From positions 64,001 through 128,000 of the forward strand of contig JBFMAF010000034.1 in NCBI GenBank assembly GCA_040755995.1: a stretch of 64,000 nt of DNA, in the 5' to 3' direction. Shown in pieces: positions 37,948-48,011 of this stretch; the stretch's first letter is position 1; the number at the start of each line of letters is the position of its first letter. This DNA is from Acidobacteriota bacterium (GTDB lineage: Bacteria > Acidobacteriota > CAIWXX01). A model generated the notes under the pieces. The model did not search any database and was not told the origin of the DNA. It saw only the letters and a program-made list of their open reading frames with translations. Position numbers and translations under genes: made by a program.

Positions 37948-39254
37948 GATCAATCAGGAGCAGGCCGGCACCGGCCGCGCCGATCTTGTCTGCTCCCGCT
38001 GATGCATCCACCCCTGTGAAGACCTTCACATTCGTCAACCAGTCGTGCCACCGGCGTCAGGAGGAAATCGCCATGGTCAGGCGGTTTCTTCTTCTCAACG
38101 GCCTTGCCGAGGACTCGGATCTGACGAGAGCGGACCTGGTAATCCTCTTCACCTGCGCGTTCTGCCAGAGCAAAATCGCGGACATGTTGAATGAGATAGC
38201 GCGCATTCGTTCCGTCATCAGGGAAGGATGCGAGCTTGTCGTCGGAAGCTGTTTGCCAAAGACAGACGGCGCCGGGCTGCGGAAGGTCTTCAGCGGAAAA
38301 ACGATCACGCCTACCGATTTCAGCGCGCTCAACCGGCTCCCCGGGATCACCTCCGGAATCGAGGAGATGCCGGAGGCGATCGGAAGGCAGGCTGCATGCG
38401 AGCCGCTCGTCATCCAACCACCCTCGAACACGGCCAGGGCTCGCTTGAAGGCACTTGCGCTGGGCGCTACCAGATCGCTGATGCGCACATGGCCGGCGCT
38501 GCCTCTCGAAAGAGTCGCTACCAGGCTCGAAACCGACCGGCGAATGGGAGTGTTTATCTCTTCAGGCTGCATGCGAAAGTGCTCGTATTGTGCGATCCGG
38601 TTCGCCACTGGGCAGCTCAGGAGTAAACCGCTGGACGTGGTCACTCGAGCGTTTTCCGAAGGGCTGGATCGGGGATATCGCAAGTTTGAGCTGTATGCCG
38701 ATTCAATCGGCGACTATGGGTTGGATATCGGCACGGACCTCGGCGAGCTGTTTGACTGGTTCTCGAAGAGCCATCGGGTCTTCAGCGTCGGAATCTATGA
38801 TCTCCACCCGCAAGCGTTTCTGAAGTTCTTTGGAAAGCTCTTCTCACTCTGCAGGGCGGGCAGGATTCACTATCTCTATGTTCCCCTGCAATCGGGCAAC
38901 GCAAGAATCTTGAAATTGATGAATCGCTCGTGCGATGTGAACGCTCTCTTGAGGAAGCTCCTGGAAGTGAGGAAACATCGTGGTGTGTTTCTTCAGACCA
39001 GCGTCATCGTGGGCTTCCCGACCGAAACAGACGCGGAATTCGAGGAGACGCTGGCTTTTCTAAGGGCAGTCCGGTTCAGCAATGTGTTTGTCCATTTCTA
39101 CAGCGACATGCCCAATACGGAATCATCGAAACTGGCCGACAAGATAGACAGGGCGACCATGCTGCTGCGGCTGAAGCGACTGGGGAGAGCCGGTATCAAT
39201 TATGACCCTGACATGGCCCGGCACGAGTGGGAAGCTACCCCCGCTCTTGGTTGA
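37944..39254 (+). CDS. MTTase-like radical SAM protein, paralog 4
   Basis: SCHRR, FTCA, GSCLP; CMRKCSYC; QSGN; ATGA-coupled to paralog 3. Confidence 0.85.
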   Translation: MRSIRSRPAPAAPILSAPADASTPVKTFTFVNQSCHRRQEEIAMVRRFLLLNGLAEDSDLTRADLVILFTCAFCQSKIADMLNEIARIRSVIREGCELVVGSCLPKTDGAGLRKVFSGKTITPTDFSALNRLPGITSGIEEMPEAIGRQAACEPLVIQPPSNTARARLKALALGATRSLMRTWPALPLERVATRLETDRRMGVFISSGCMRKCSYCAIRFATGQLRSKPLDVVTRAFSEGLDRGYRKFELYADSIGDYGLDIGTDLGELFDWFSKSHRVFSVGIYDLHPQAFLKFFGKLFSLCRAGRIHYLYVPLQSGNARILKLMNRSCDVNALLRKLLEVRKHRGVFLQTSVIVGFPTETDAEFEETLAFLRAVRFSNVFVHFYSDMPNTESSKLADKIDRATMLLRLKRLGRAGINYDPDMARHEWEATPALG

Positions 39255-39353
39255 CCATGCATCGTGATCTGCGCCCGAGCGCGGGAGTTGCGTCGTGAAG
39301 GCACCTGTCGCCGGCGAGCGACCTCTGCAACCAGGTCTGGCGCACGCACGCCA

Positions 39354-40532
39354 ATGAGCCGCGTTGGATTTCTCTGGGACTCGCTGAGCGCCAATACGGG
39401 TGACCAGGCCATCGGTCTGACCATGCTGCGCCTGGCGCGGCGCGCCGGGCTGCGCGGCCTCGATCCCGTGCGGATCGGCGAGCCGCTGGCCGGCCGCTAC
39501 GACATGCTGGTTGTCGGCGGCGGCGAGCTGCTCCACCCGCCGGGCCACGGCTTCTACGACCTCTTCCGCGTCCCGGGCGAGCACGTGCTCAGCACTGTGG
39601 GCACCTCCGGCGTCGTCGATGCCAGCCATCTCTCGTCCTACCGGCTGGTCACCGTGCGGTCATCGGCGGACCGCGACAACCTGCGCGGACTCTCGCGCGA
39701 GGTGAAGGTCGCTCCATGCCTCAGCGTGCTGTTCCCAGGGCTGGCCGAGGACCATCCGGCGGCCATGGAGCGGGACTCGATTCTGGTGCACCTGCACGCG
39801 GGAGCGTTCTTGCCGAGCACCGCCCCGACGATGGTGTCGATGCTGCGGCGGCTGGGCCGGCCGGTTGCGCTGCTTCCGTTTACACCCTACATCCGCGACG
39901 CCGACATACAGGCAGTCCTCGCCGCCGCCGCGGACATCGCTCCACCGCTCGCAGTCGCCGGCCCGGACCAGGTATTCGCCGCCATGCGCCGGGCTGGTGC
40001 AGTGGTCGTCGCGTCGCTACACGCCGCGATCTTCGCGTACATCGCCGGCGTGCCCTTCCTTGCAATTCCGTACGTGCCGAAGGTGAGGCACTTCATGGCA
40101 GAGCGCGGACTTGAGCACCGGCTGCTGCCGGACGTGCTGCGCCTCCCAGAGAGGCTGCATCTCCTCGCCGCCGATGGCGTCGACTGGCAGGCGACGGCCG
40201 CGGCAGATGTGGCGTCCGCAGGCGCGGTCGTGGATGAGATATTCGCCTTGGTCGAGGACGCCCTTGCGCGGTCCGGTGGAGGTCGGGCCTGGGGAGCCGC
40301 CTGGAGGGAGCCGGCCTGCCCCGAGCGGGCGCACGCCGAAACCATGGGCCGCATTGCTGAGTTCGGCCGCCGGCAGGCGCAGGTCACGGCCGACGTTCTC
40401 GCCGGCCGTCACAGATTGCGGCGACTGATCGCAACCGGCATTCGGACGGTGGTGAAGCATGTGCCGGCGATCCGCCGGCTGGGCTGGGCGCGAGCGGTGT
40501 GGGAGCGGTGGCTGGTGACTCATGGCTGCTGA
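39354..40532 (+). CDS. Polysaccharide pyruvyl transferase family protein
   Basis: NTGDQAI, VGGGELL, VTVRS, SLHAAIFA..GVP..IPYVPKV. Confidence 0.75.
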   Translation: MSRVGFLWDSLSANTGDQAIGLTMLRLARRAGLRGLDPVRIGEPLAGRYDMLVVGGGELLHPPGHGFYDLFRVPGEHVLSTVGTSGVVDASHLSSYRLVTVRSSADRDNLRGLSREVKVAPCLSVLFPGLAEDHPAAMERDSILVHLHAGAFLPSTAPTMVSMLRRLGRPVALLPFTPYIRDADIQAVLAAAADIAPPLAVAGPDQVFAAMRRAGAVVVASLHAAIFAYIAGVPFLAIPYVPKVRHFMAERGLEHRLLPDVLRLPERLHLLAADGVDWQATAAADVASAGAVVDEIFALVEDALARSGGGRAWGAAWREPACPERAHAETMGRIAEFGRRQAQVTADVLAGRHRLRRLIATGIRTVVKHVPAIRRLGWARAVWERWLVTHGC

Positions 40533-41445
40533 CGGCGGTCCCAGCGGCTCCACCGAGCCCCTGGTCTACGTGGTGGTGCTGAGCTGGAACCGCGCCGCCA
40601 CGACGCTCAGGTGTATCGAGTCAGTTGCCGGCAGCAGCTATCGGAACGCCCGCGTGGTTGTCGTCGACAATGCATCCGCCGACGATTCTGTGGCACGCAT
40701 TCGGGAGCGATTCCCTCAGGTTCCGCTCATTCAGAACCCAGCTAACCTGGGGTACGCCGAAGGCAACAACGTGGGGATACGGTACGCGATGGAGAGGGGA
40801 GCCGAGTTCGTGCTGGTGCTCAATGACGACGTCTTCATTGAACCGGACGCGCTGGGCCACATGGTGGCCGCGGCGGGCCCAGGGGTGGCGGCCGTCGGGT
40901 GCAAAGTGCGCCTCTTCGACGAGCCCGACCGGTTGTGGGCGGCCGGCGATCTCAATTTCCGGACGGCAGATGCACACCCGAAAGACGACGGCCGTTTCGA
41001 TGCGCCACGCGACCTGGACTACGCCGTGGGTTGTTGCATCCTCCTCCGCGCCGGCGTCCTCGATGAGATCGGGCGTTTCGATCCTTCATACTTCCTCGAG
41101 TTCGAGGAAGTCGACTGGTGTTCCCGCGCCCGGAAGGCGGGTCACAGGATCGTTTATGAGCCGAGAGCCGTGGTCTACCACAACCATTCGGTGTCTTTCA
41201 CCGACAGTTGTTCGCCGGCCTTCCACTATCTCTCCGCCCGCAACTGTCTTCTGTTCTGGAAGCGCAATGACGTCGTGCTTAGCGGACGCCCCCGCGCCCT
41301 CTACGGCCTGATTTCGTGGCTGGCCCAGCTTCGTCTCATTCTGCGCACAAGGGGTTCCAAGCTGCGACGGATCACTGCCGCTACGCTCGGGGTCGTCGAC
41401 TACTACCGCGGGCGCTTTGGCGCTCCACCTCCCAACCTCTACTGA
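40522..41445 (+). CDS. Glycosyltransferase family 2
   Basis: VVVDNAS, NLGYAEGNN, LNDD, FEEVDWC. Confidence 0.9.
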   Translation: MAADGGPSGSTEPLVYVVVLSWNRAATTLRCIESVAGSSYRNARVVVVDNASADDSVARIRERFPQVPLIQNPANLGYAEGNNVGIRYAMERGAEFVLVLNDDVFIEPDALGHMVAAAGPGVAAVGCKVRLFDEPDRLWAAGDLNFRTADAHPKDDGRFDAPRDLDYAVGCCILLRAGVLDEIGRFDPSYFLEFEEVDWCSRARKAGHRIVYEPRAVVYHNHSVSFTDSCSPAFHYLSARNCLLFWKRNDVVLSGRPRALYGLISWLAQLRLILRTRGSKLRRITAATLGVVDYYRGRFGAPPPNLY

Positions 41446-41461
41446 TCATGGGGGCGCGCGC

Positions 41462-42691
41462 GTGAAGATCCTGTACGCCGCCGGCGACTTCCCGGCAGAG
41501 CCTCTGAACGGGTGCCACTGGTTTGCGTACAACCTGATTAACTGCATGGCACGATCGCACGAGTGCCACCTGATCAGTCTTGCCATGCCGGGGCGAGCCG
41601 CGTGCGTCCGGGAATGGGAGCGGTGCCTGCCGGGCCTGCGCGTGCTGGATGTTCTCCCGGTGCGGCACCGTCAGCTGGTGCGTTGGTCGAAGGGGGCGAA
41701 TTACATCACGAACCTCCGGATCCCCCATCTCGTGCAATGGATGACACCGGGGTTCACTCGTGCACTTCGACGGGTGGTCCGCGAGACCTCCTACGACCTC
41801 GTCCACTTCACCGACATCACCCTGGTCTTCTATCGCAACCTTGTGCGTGGCTCCCCAGTCGTGATCTCCGGGCCCGATCCGGCCTCGCTCCATCTCCGGG
41901 GCAACATGCCGTTTGAACCTTCGTTCGCAAAGAGAGTGAAGTTGGCCACGACGGCCCGGGCGTACGGCAACATAGAACGGACCCATCTAAAGACGTTCTC
42001 AGCGGTCCACGTGGTGTCCGAGGCGGACGCCGAGCACTTGAGGCGCAGCGCCGGACTGAAAAACGTCACTGTGATTAACCATGCGGTGGACCCGAGATTC
42101 TTCGCCGTCCCCATTGAGGCCTGCGGCGACGAGGATGCAGTTACCATGTTCAGCTCGGGATCCTTCTCGGTGCCCTACATACGTACGCCGTTCATGAGCT
42201 TCTTCGAGAGGCACTGGGATGCGATCCGGCGATGCCGCCCCGCGGCACGCTGGGTTGTCGCGGGACCGGGAGCGCCAGCCGATGTGAAGAAACGGCTCAC
42301 GGCGGCGCCCGGTGTCGAATACCACGAGTGGATTCACGACTATGACGGCGCTCTCTTTCGATCCGACATCGCCGTTTTTCTGGATGGCAGCGGAACGGGC
42401 ATGAAGACAAGGGTGCTGCAGGCCATGGGCGCCGGAAAGGCAGTGGTCGGCACGCCTTTCGCCTTCACAGGGCTTGAGGTCAAACACGGAGTGCAGGGCT
42501 TCATCGCGGACGGGCACGATTCCTTGATGAGGGCCCTGGTCGCTCTGATCGAGTCGCCCCGGCTGCGGCGTGAAATCGGCGGGGCCGCGAGGGAACACGT
42601 CAGGGCGAGATTCACGCTGGAAATCACGGGCCGAAAGTGGGATGCCCTGTACGAGCGAATGTTGCGGCAGCATCGGGATACACGGCTGTGA
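41462..42691 (+). CDS. Glycosyltransferase family 4 (GT-B)
   Basis: VVSEADA, GTGMKTRVLQAMGAGKAVVGT. Confidence 0.85.
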   Translation: MKILYAAGDFPAEPLNGCHWFAYNLINCMARSHECHLISLAMPGRAACVREWERCLPGLRVLDVLPVRHRQLVRWSKGANYITNLRIPHLVQWMTPGFTRALRRVVRETSYDLVHFTDITLVFYRNLVRGSPVVISGPDPASLHLRGNMPFEPSFAKRVKLATTARAYGNIERTHLKTFSAVHVVSEADAEHLRRSAGLKNVTVINHAVDPRFFAVPIEACGDEDAVTMFSSGSFSVPYIRTPFMSFFERHWDAIRRCRPAARWVVAGPGAPADVKKRLTAAPGVEYHEWIHDYDGALFRSDIAVFLDGSGTGMKTRVLQAMGAGKAVVGTPFAFTGLEVKHGVQGFIADGHDSLMRALVALIESPRLRREIGGAAREHVRARFTLEITGRKWDALYERMLRQHRDTRL

Positions 42692-42818
42692 ACAGATGGG
42701 TTGCCGCCCGCCCGCCCGGTCGAGTCTTGCCTTGTCGAAGCCCTATCGATATACTCGGAGTTCGGTACCTCGGAGTCGGCGCTGGCGCGACTAGCTCGCC
42801 AAGAGGAGCTTTGTACCA

Positions 42819-43820
42819 ATGGAGATCAAGGGATTGCGCGTGCTCGTCACGGGCGGTTGCGGATTTCTCGGATCGTGGATTGTCGAGGACCTTGTGAAAA
42901 GAGGCGCCGACGTCACGGTCTACGATAACCTCAGCCGCGGGACTCAGGACAACCTGAAGGCGGTTGAGAAGGATGTCAGACTCTCCGTTGCGGACATACG
43001 CGATCAGCAGAAGGTCTACGAGGCTTGCCGGACGGCGGATGTCGTTTCTCACCATGCTGCTCAAATCGTGTCGTCGTTGGAAAGCTCGATCGAGACGATC
43101 GAGGTCAATCTGTCGGGCAGCGTGAAGGTATTCGAGGCCGCCGCCGCGGCCGGCGTCAAGAAGGTGATCTACGCCTCGTCCGAGACCGTGTACGGGCATG
43201 CCAACGCCCTTCCACAGGATGAAAACCATCCGACCAATCCGCTCTGGCCATACGGAGTCACCAAGCTGGCCGTGGAGAAGTTCGCCAGCATCTTCCACGC
43301 CTACTCCGGGATGAAGATGATCGGGTTGAGGTACAGCGACATATACGGGCCGAGGGAGTGGTACGGGCGCGCGTCGACGGTGTTGCTGCGAGGCGCGATG
43401 CGCGGCGAGCAGCCGGAAATGCCCGATGCCGATCAACTCAGGGACTACTGCTACGTCGCGGATGCCGTCGCGTTTCACAACCTCTGCATCGCTGAAGATG
43501 AGCTCGATGACGAGATCTTCAATGTCTCCACCGGAGTCGCGACGAGTACAGGGGAGCTGGCGGAGCTGATTGCGGACACCTGCCGCCTGGATTGGAGCAC
43601 TCCGCGGCTTGCCCACGGCGACGCAAGGCACGAAGACGTGCGGGCGAGCCACGTGCCGCATGCTGAGTGCAAGGCGATCGTGCTGGACAACTCGCGGGCG
43701 AGGCGCATCGGGTGGGTGCCCCACGTCATGCTGCCGGAGGGGATCAGGCACCAGCTGGAGTGGCTCCGTGCTCATCCTGCTGCATGGGACGGAGCGCGGG
43801 TTGCAGGAGAGGTTGGCTAG
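42819..43820 (+). CDS. NAD-dependent epimerase/dehydratase
   Basis: VTGGCGFLG, ASS, YGVTK. Confidence 0.9.
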   Translation: MEIKGLRVLVTGGCGFLGSWIVEDLVKRGADVTVYDNLSRGTQDNLKAVEKDVRLSVADIRDQQKVYEACRTADVVSHHAAQIVSSLESSIETIEVNLSGSVKVFEAAAAAGVKKVIYASSETVYGHANALPQDENHPTNPLWPYGVTKLAVEKFASIFHAYSGMKMIGLRYSDIYGPREWYGRASTVLLRGAMRGEQPEMPDADQLRDYCYVADAVAFHNLCIAEDELDDEIFNVSTGVATSTGELAELIADTCRLDWSTPRLAHGDARHEDVRASHVPHAECKAIVLDNSRARRIGWVPHVMLPEGIRHQLEWLRAHPAAWDGARVAGEVG

Positions 43821-44795
43821 GTGAAGAGACAACAGATGCTGTATCTGTCTCGCTCCGATGTCGAGAAGGTGGCATTGGATATGCCCACGATCATTGCCCT
43901 CCTCGAGGAGGCCTTCAGGGAGAAGGGGCATGGGCGCGTCGAGATGCCTCCGAAACCCGGCATCCACACACGCCCGGACGCGTTCATTCACGCGATGCCC
44001 GCTTACATCCCGGCGCTGCGGTCGGCGGGGATGAAGTGGGTGAGCGGCTATCCGGACAACCAGAAGCTCGGCCTCCCATACATCTCCGGCCTACTGATTC
44101 TGAACGACGCCGAGACGGGACTGCCGTACGCTGTCATGGATTGCAGCTGGATTACGGCCTACCGGACTGGAGCGGCCTCGGCGCTGTCAGCCAAGTATCT
44201 GGCGCGCCCATCAAGCGAGGTCGTCGGAGTGCTGGCGTGCGGTGTCCAGGGGCGCACAAACCTCATCGCCCTCGCGTCGGTGCTGCCGATCAAGCGCGCC
44301 TACGCCTTCGACATCTCCGCCGCGGTCCAGGAGCGCTTCGTCGACGAGATGCATTCCAGTCTTGGCATCGAGGTCATCGGGGTCGACGGGCCCCGCCGCG
44401 CGGTCGCCGAATGCGACGTCGTCGTCACCTCAGGACCGATTCTCAAGCATCCGGTGCCGGCCATCCAGAAGGACTGGCTGTGTCCCGGGGCCTTCGCAAG
44501 CGCGGTGGATTTCGACAGCTACTGGGCCGGCGAGGCTCTGGCGCAGTTCGACAAACTGGCCACCGACGACATTGCCCAGTTCGACTACTACCGGAGCGCC
44601 GGCTATTTCCAGGCGACTCCGCGGCCCTATGCGGACCTGGGCGAGCTGGTGGTCGGGTTCAAGCCCGGCCGCGAGCGAGACGACGAGCGAACCATGGCGA
44701 TGAACCTGGGGCTGGCGCTCGACGACATGGCGGTCGCGCCGGAGATCTATCGGAGGGCGCGGGAGAAGGGCATTGGGACGATGCTGGAGCTGTGA
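43821..44795 (+). CDS. Ornithine cyclodeaminase/mu-crystallin family protein
   Basis: HAMPA, GMKWVS, ITAYRTGAAS, GLALDDMA. Confidence 0.88.
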   Translation: MKRQQMLYLSRSDVEKVALDMPTIIALLEEAFREKGHGRVEMPPKPGIHTRPDAFIHAMPAYIPALRSAGMKWVSGYPDNQKLGLPYISGLLILNDAETGLPYAVMDCSWITAYRTGAASALSAKYLARPSSEVVGVLACGVQGRTNLIALASVLPIKRAYAFDISAAVQERFVDEMHSSLGIEVIGVDGPRRAVAECDVVVTSGPILKHPVPAIQKDWLCPGAFASAVDFDSYWAGEALAQFDKLATDDIAQFDYYRSAGYFQATPRPYADLGELVVGFKPGRERDDERTMAMNLGLALDDMAVAPEIYRRAREKGIGTMLEL

Positions 44796-44958
44796 GGTGT
44801 CTGTCTTCGTCCCGGAGGGCGCCCGATACCTCGCTCTCCCCATGAACCACGCCGTGCCGACAGGATGCAGTCCATTGCCAGGGTTCGCAGGGGGCCAGGC
44901 GGCTCCCCGTTGAATCTCTCAACTTGCGGGACCACGCTGGTCTGTGCAGAATGCCGAT

Positions 44959-45978
44959 ATGAAACGGCGTGAGTTCCTTGGGTCGGCCGCGACAGTTGCG
45001 GGTCTTGTGATGACTCCGAGCGGCGTCCTCAGCTCGGATGCGAAGAGCCGTGTCGTTCAAGTGTTCCACGCTGACGCCGTGCGCCCCGGCAGGCAGGTGG
45101 ATCAGGCTATCGTAGCGAAGATGCTTCGCAGCGGCCTCAGGGCGCTGGCCGGCGAGGGCCAGTCCATCGGCAAGTGGGTCCGCCCGGGCGATCGGGTCGG
45201 GCTCAAGATCAACACGCTGGGCCGCCCGCTTCTGTTCACGCATCGCGAGCTGATACTAGCCCTCGTCGAGGAGCTGAAAGAGACGGGGGTCAGCGAGAAC
45301 AACATCATTGTATGGGACCGGTTCGAGAACCATATGTTGGAGGCGCGATTCGTCATGAACAACTCGGATCGCGGCGTGCGCTACGTCGCGACGGAATCAG
45401 GCGGCGATGGGCCTGCCAGACTCGACGACAACGAGCCCTACCAGTCTGCGCATGACGATCCGCGCGATCGCCACAACGGCGACACCGCCTCGCGATTCTC
45501 CCGGATCTTCACTCGGGAATGCGACAAGATCATCAACATGCCGATCCTGAAGGATCACGGCCAGACGGGCGTGACCCTTTGCCTCAAGAACCTGGCCTTC
45601 GGTATCACGACGAACAACAACAGGTTTCATGGAGCCAGCCACGTCGGACCGTTCATATCCGATATATGCGCCCGGCCGCTAGTGAAGTCCAAGACCGTCC
45701 TGCATATTCTTGACGGCCTGGAAGGATGCTTCAACAATGGGCCGGCACCGCGACATCCGGGCTCGTTTTCGACGCCCCGCACAATCTGGCTCGGCTTCGA
45801 CCCCGTGGCCGTCGACGTGGTCGGGCGCAGGGTAATCGAAGAGCAAAGGCGCGCAGGTGGGTTGCCCTCGCTTGCGGCCATGAACAAGCCGGTCGACTAC
45901 ATAGAGATGGCGGCCCGAAAGGGAGTAGGGGAATGCAATCTCGATCGCATCTCCCTCGAAAAGATCTCCGCTGCCTGA
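44959..45978 (+). CDS. Tat-exported DUF362 (LarA-superfamily) protein
   Basis: MKRREFL, VGLKIN, INMPILKDH..GVTLCLKN, DPVAVD. Confidence 0.8.
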   Translation: MKRREFLGSAATVAGLVMTPSGVLSSDAKSRVVQVFHADAVRPGRQVDQAIVAKMLRSGLRALAGEGQSIGKWVRPGDRVGLKINTLGRPLLFTHRELILALVEELKETGVSENNIIVWDRFENHMLEARFVMNNSDRGVRYVATESGGDGPARLDDNEPYQSAHDDPRDRHNGDTASRFSRIFTRECDKIINMPILKDHGQTGVTLCLKNLAFGITTNNNRFHGASHVGPFISDICARPLVKSKTVLHILDGLEGCFNNGPAPRHPGSFSTPRTIWLGFDPVAVDVVGRRVIEEQRRAGGLPSLAAMNKPVDYIEMAARKGVGECNLDRISLEKISAA

Positions 45979-46037
45979 TTGGCCTTGCCAGGTTCGCGCA
46001 TCGCTAGACAGGGACTCCCTCGATGGGCGCCCCCCTA

Positions 46038-46934
46038 TCACACGAATGCATCCTTGTCGTACCCGATCTTGATGAGCTCGATCCTCTGTGGGTCCGCCGT
46101 GCCGAGATGGTACTTCGTGTCGGCGATGGCTATGTGCTTTGCGGGCGGGCTGAGCGGCCGGTCTTCTGCGAAGTAGTCGCGTCTGATGGCCTCGATTATC
46201 CGCAATCCGGTGGCATCCACTGCGACAGCATCGAACCCCAACAACAGCCCGTAGTACTTCCAGACATACTTGGGGCTGAAACTGTGGGGACCGAAGCTGT
46301 GGAATTGCGGCGTGAACATCACGAGCACGTTCAGCCGTGTCTTGCCCCTCACGATTGGCAGATCCCAGATTGACGCCAGATCCGCGCAGGAATCGCCATG
46401 AATGGAGCTCGGATCCGGCAAGAACATGATGTAGTTCTTGATCAACCCTCCGACCCCCGCCCAGTGGTGCGAGCGCATCGGACGGGCGTTGACGAGCGCC
46501 GTGGCCTTCTGGAAGATCGGATTCCTCAGGACGTTCAAGTCGTCGATGCTGATATTCGGTTCCTTGACGCCGGCCTGGACAATCCGCTTCTTCAGCGCAT
46601 TCTCGACCTCCGCTGTCGTCTTGAGATATGGCCACCTGTTATTCTTGATGCCGACGATGTCGTCCGGCTCGATGATCGTCTTCCAGGCGCTCTGCGGGTC
46701 GGGCTTGCCGGTCAGGGCCTTGATGCCCGTGTCCAGCATCTCCTGTACTACGGCCTGCTGAGGCATGCCGGTTTCGCCCAGGACGTTGAGATCGCGCACG
46801 AGCACGACCCGGCTCTTGTCGGACTTTGCGGCAGTCGTCTTCTCCGCTGCCGAGAGCAACAGGGGCGTAGCTATGGCGGCGGCCGAGGCGCTCTTGATGA
46901 ATTCCCGCCGGCTGATCGATTCGATCGACTTCAT
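46038..46934 (-). CDS. Tat-exported DUF362-like protein
   Basis: SRREFIK, VGIKNN, RSHHWAGVGGLIKN, DAVAVD. Confidence 0.75.
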   Translation of the reverse strand: MKSIESISRREFIKSASAAAIATPLLLSAAEKTTAAKSDKSRVVLVRDLNVLGETGMPQQAVVQEMLDTGIKALTGKPDPQSAWKTIIEPDDIVGIKNNRWPYLKTTAEVENALKKRIVQAGVKEPNISIDDLNVLRNPIFQKATALVNARPMRSHHWAGVGGLIKNYIMFLPDPSSIHGDSCADLASIWDLPIVRGKTRLNVLVMFTPQFHSFGPHSFSPKYVWKYYGLLLGFDAVAVDATGLRIIEAIRRDYFAEDRPLSPPAKHIAIADTKYHLGTADPQRIELIKIGYDKDAFV

Positions 46935-46947
46935 CGATACCTCCGTT

Positions 46948-47840
46948 TCATTCCCTGATCTTGGTCAAGATGTTCCTGACGGCCTGCGCATCCGGCGCGT
47001 TGAAAACGATACTCAGAAGCTCGCCCCGGCGTTGCAGCCCGGTCCACCGGCCGTCATCCATCACGCGAGTCATTTCCGTGCCGCCTCCGAGCACCTTCTG
47101 TCTGAATTGCTCGCCGGCCGCCTCCGCAAGCGCGGCATCCGGGTAGCGGACCACGAGCACGTAGCAGGTGGCGCCTTCCTGCCGGTACTTCCCCAAAGCC
47201 GCCGGCGTGTCGTTCCCGATATCGAGGACGTTCTCGGCGGATACGAATGAGAAGCTGTTCAGCCACACGTAGTGGTGGAAGTATTTGACGCTCTCGGGAA
47301 TCAGGTCTTCCGCGGGAAGCAGCGCTATGACAGGCGGCAGTGCGCCATCATTCTTGATCGCACCGGAAATCGCATCGGCAACTCTAAATACGACATCCCT
47401 CTTGGCCGGTGTTTCCGGAAAGGCAAGGATGGAGACGTAATATCGGTCCTTCCAAAACGTCAGCAGGCCACCGGCGTACTCGCTGCCCTGACCGAACCGG
47501 CTATCGATCGTTTCGCGAGAATGCGCGAAGGCTCCGAATGCGTCATACGAACTGCCCATGTCGAAGATATCGACGATAATCTCAGCATCGGCTGAATCCT
47601 TGTATTTCAGCGATATCGATCCCTCGAAGTTGTAGGACAGGAAGAGCTCGGCACCGCCGTCGATGTAGCTCGAAAGCGTCTCAGGCGTGAATCGATCGGG
47701 CGGTTCGCTCTTCGTCCATCCGTCGATCGATACCGGCAGTGATTGGTTGAAGTCGATCATGCTCTCCGACATGGCAGACGTCCTCATCAGGCTGACTAGC
47801 GATATGAATGCTCCTACCCCGACGGCAATCTCGCGCGGCA
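46948..47840 (-). CDS. Conserved hypothetical exported protein (DUF6599-like); start uncertain
   Basis: YIDGGAELFLSYNF, DIFDMG..AFG, FWKDRYYV. Confidence 0.6.
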
Positions 47841-48011
47841 TTACCCTGGACAAGCTCTCTCCTCCACAGGTTTCATGATGGTAGCAAAACAGAACCGTGA
47901 ATTCAAAGACAGGTGACGTCATTGATAAAGACCGGCCCTTTCCTTACAATGCGCCCTGATGATCACCATGAAGCCGCGTCCCGACGATTCGCGCGGGCAC
48001 AGGAGAGAGTA

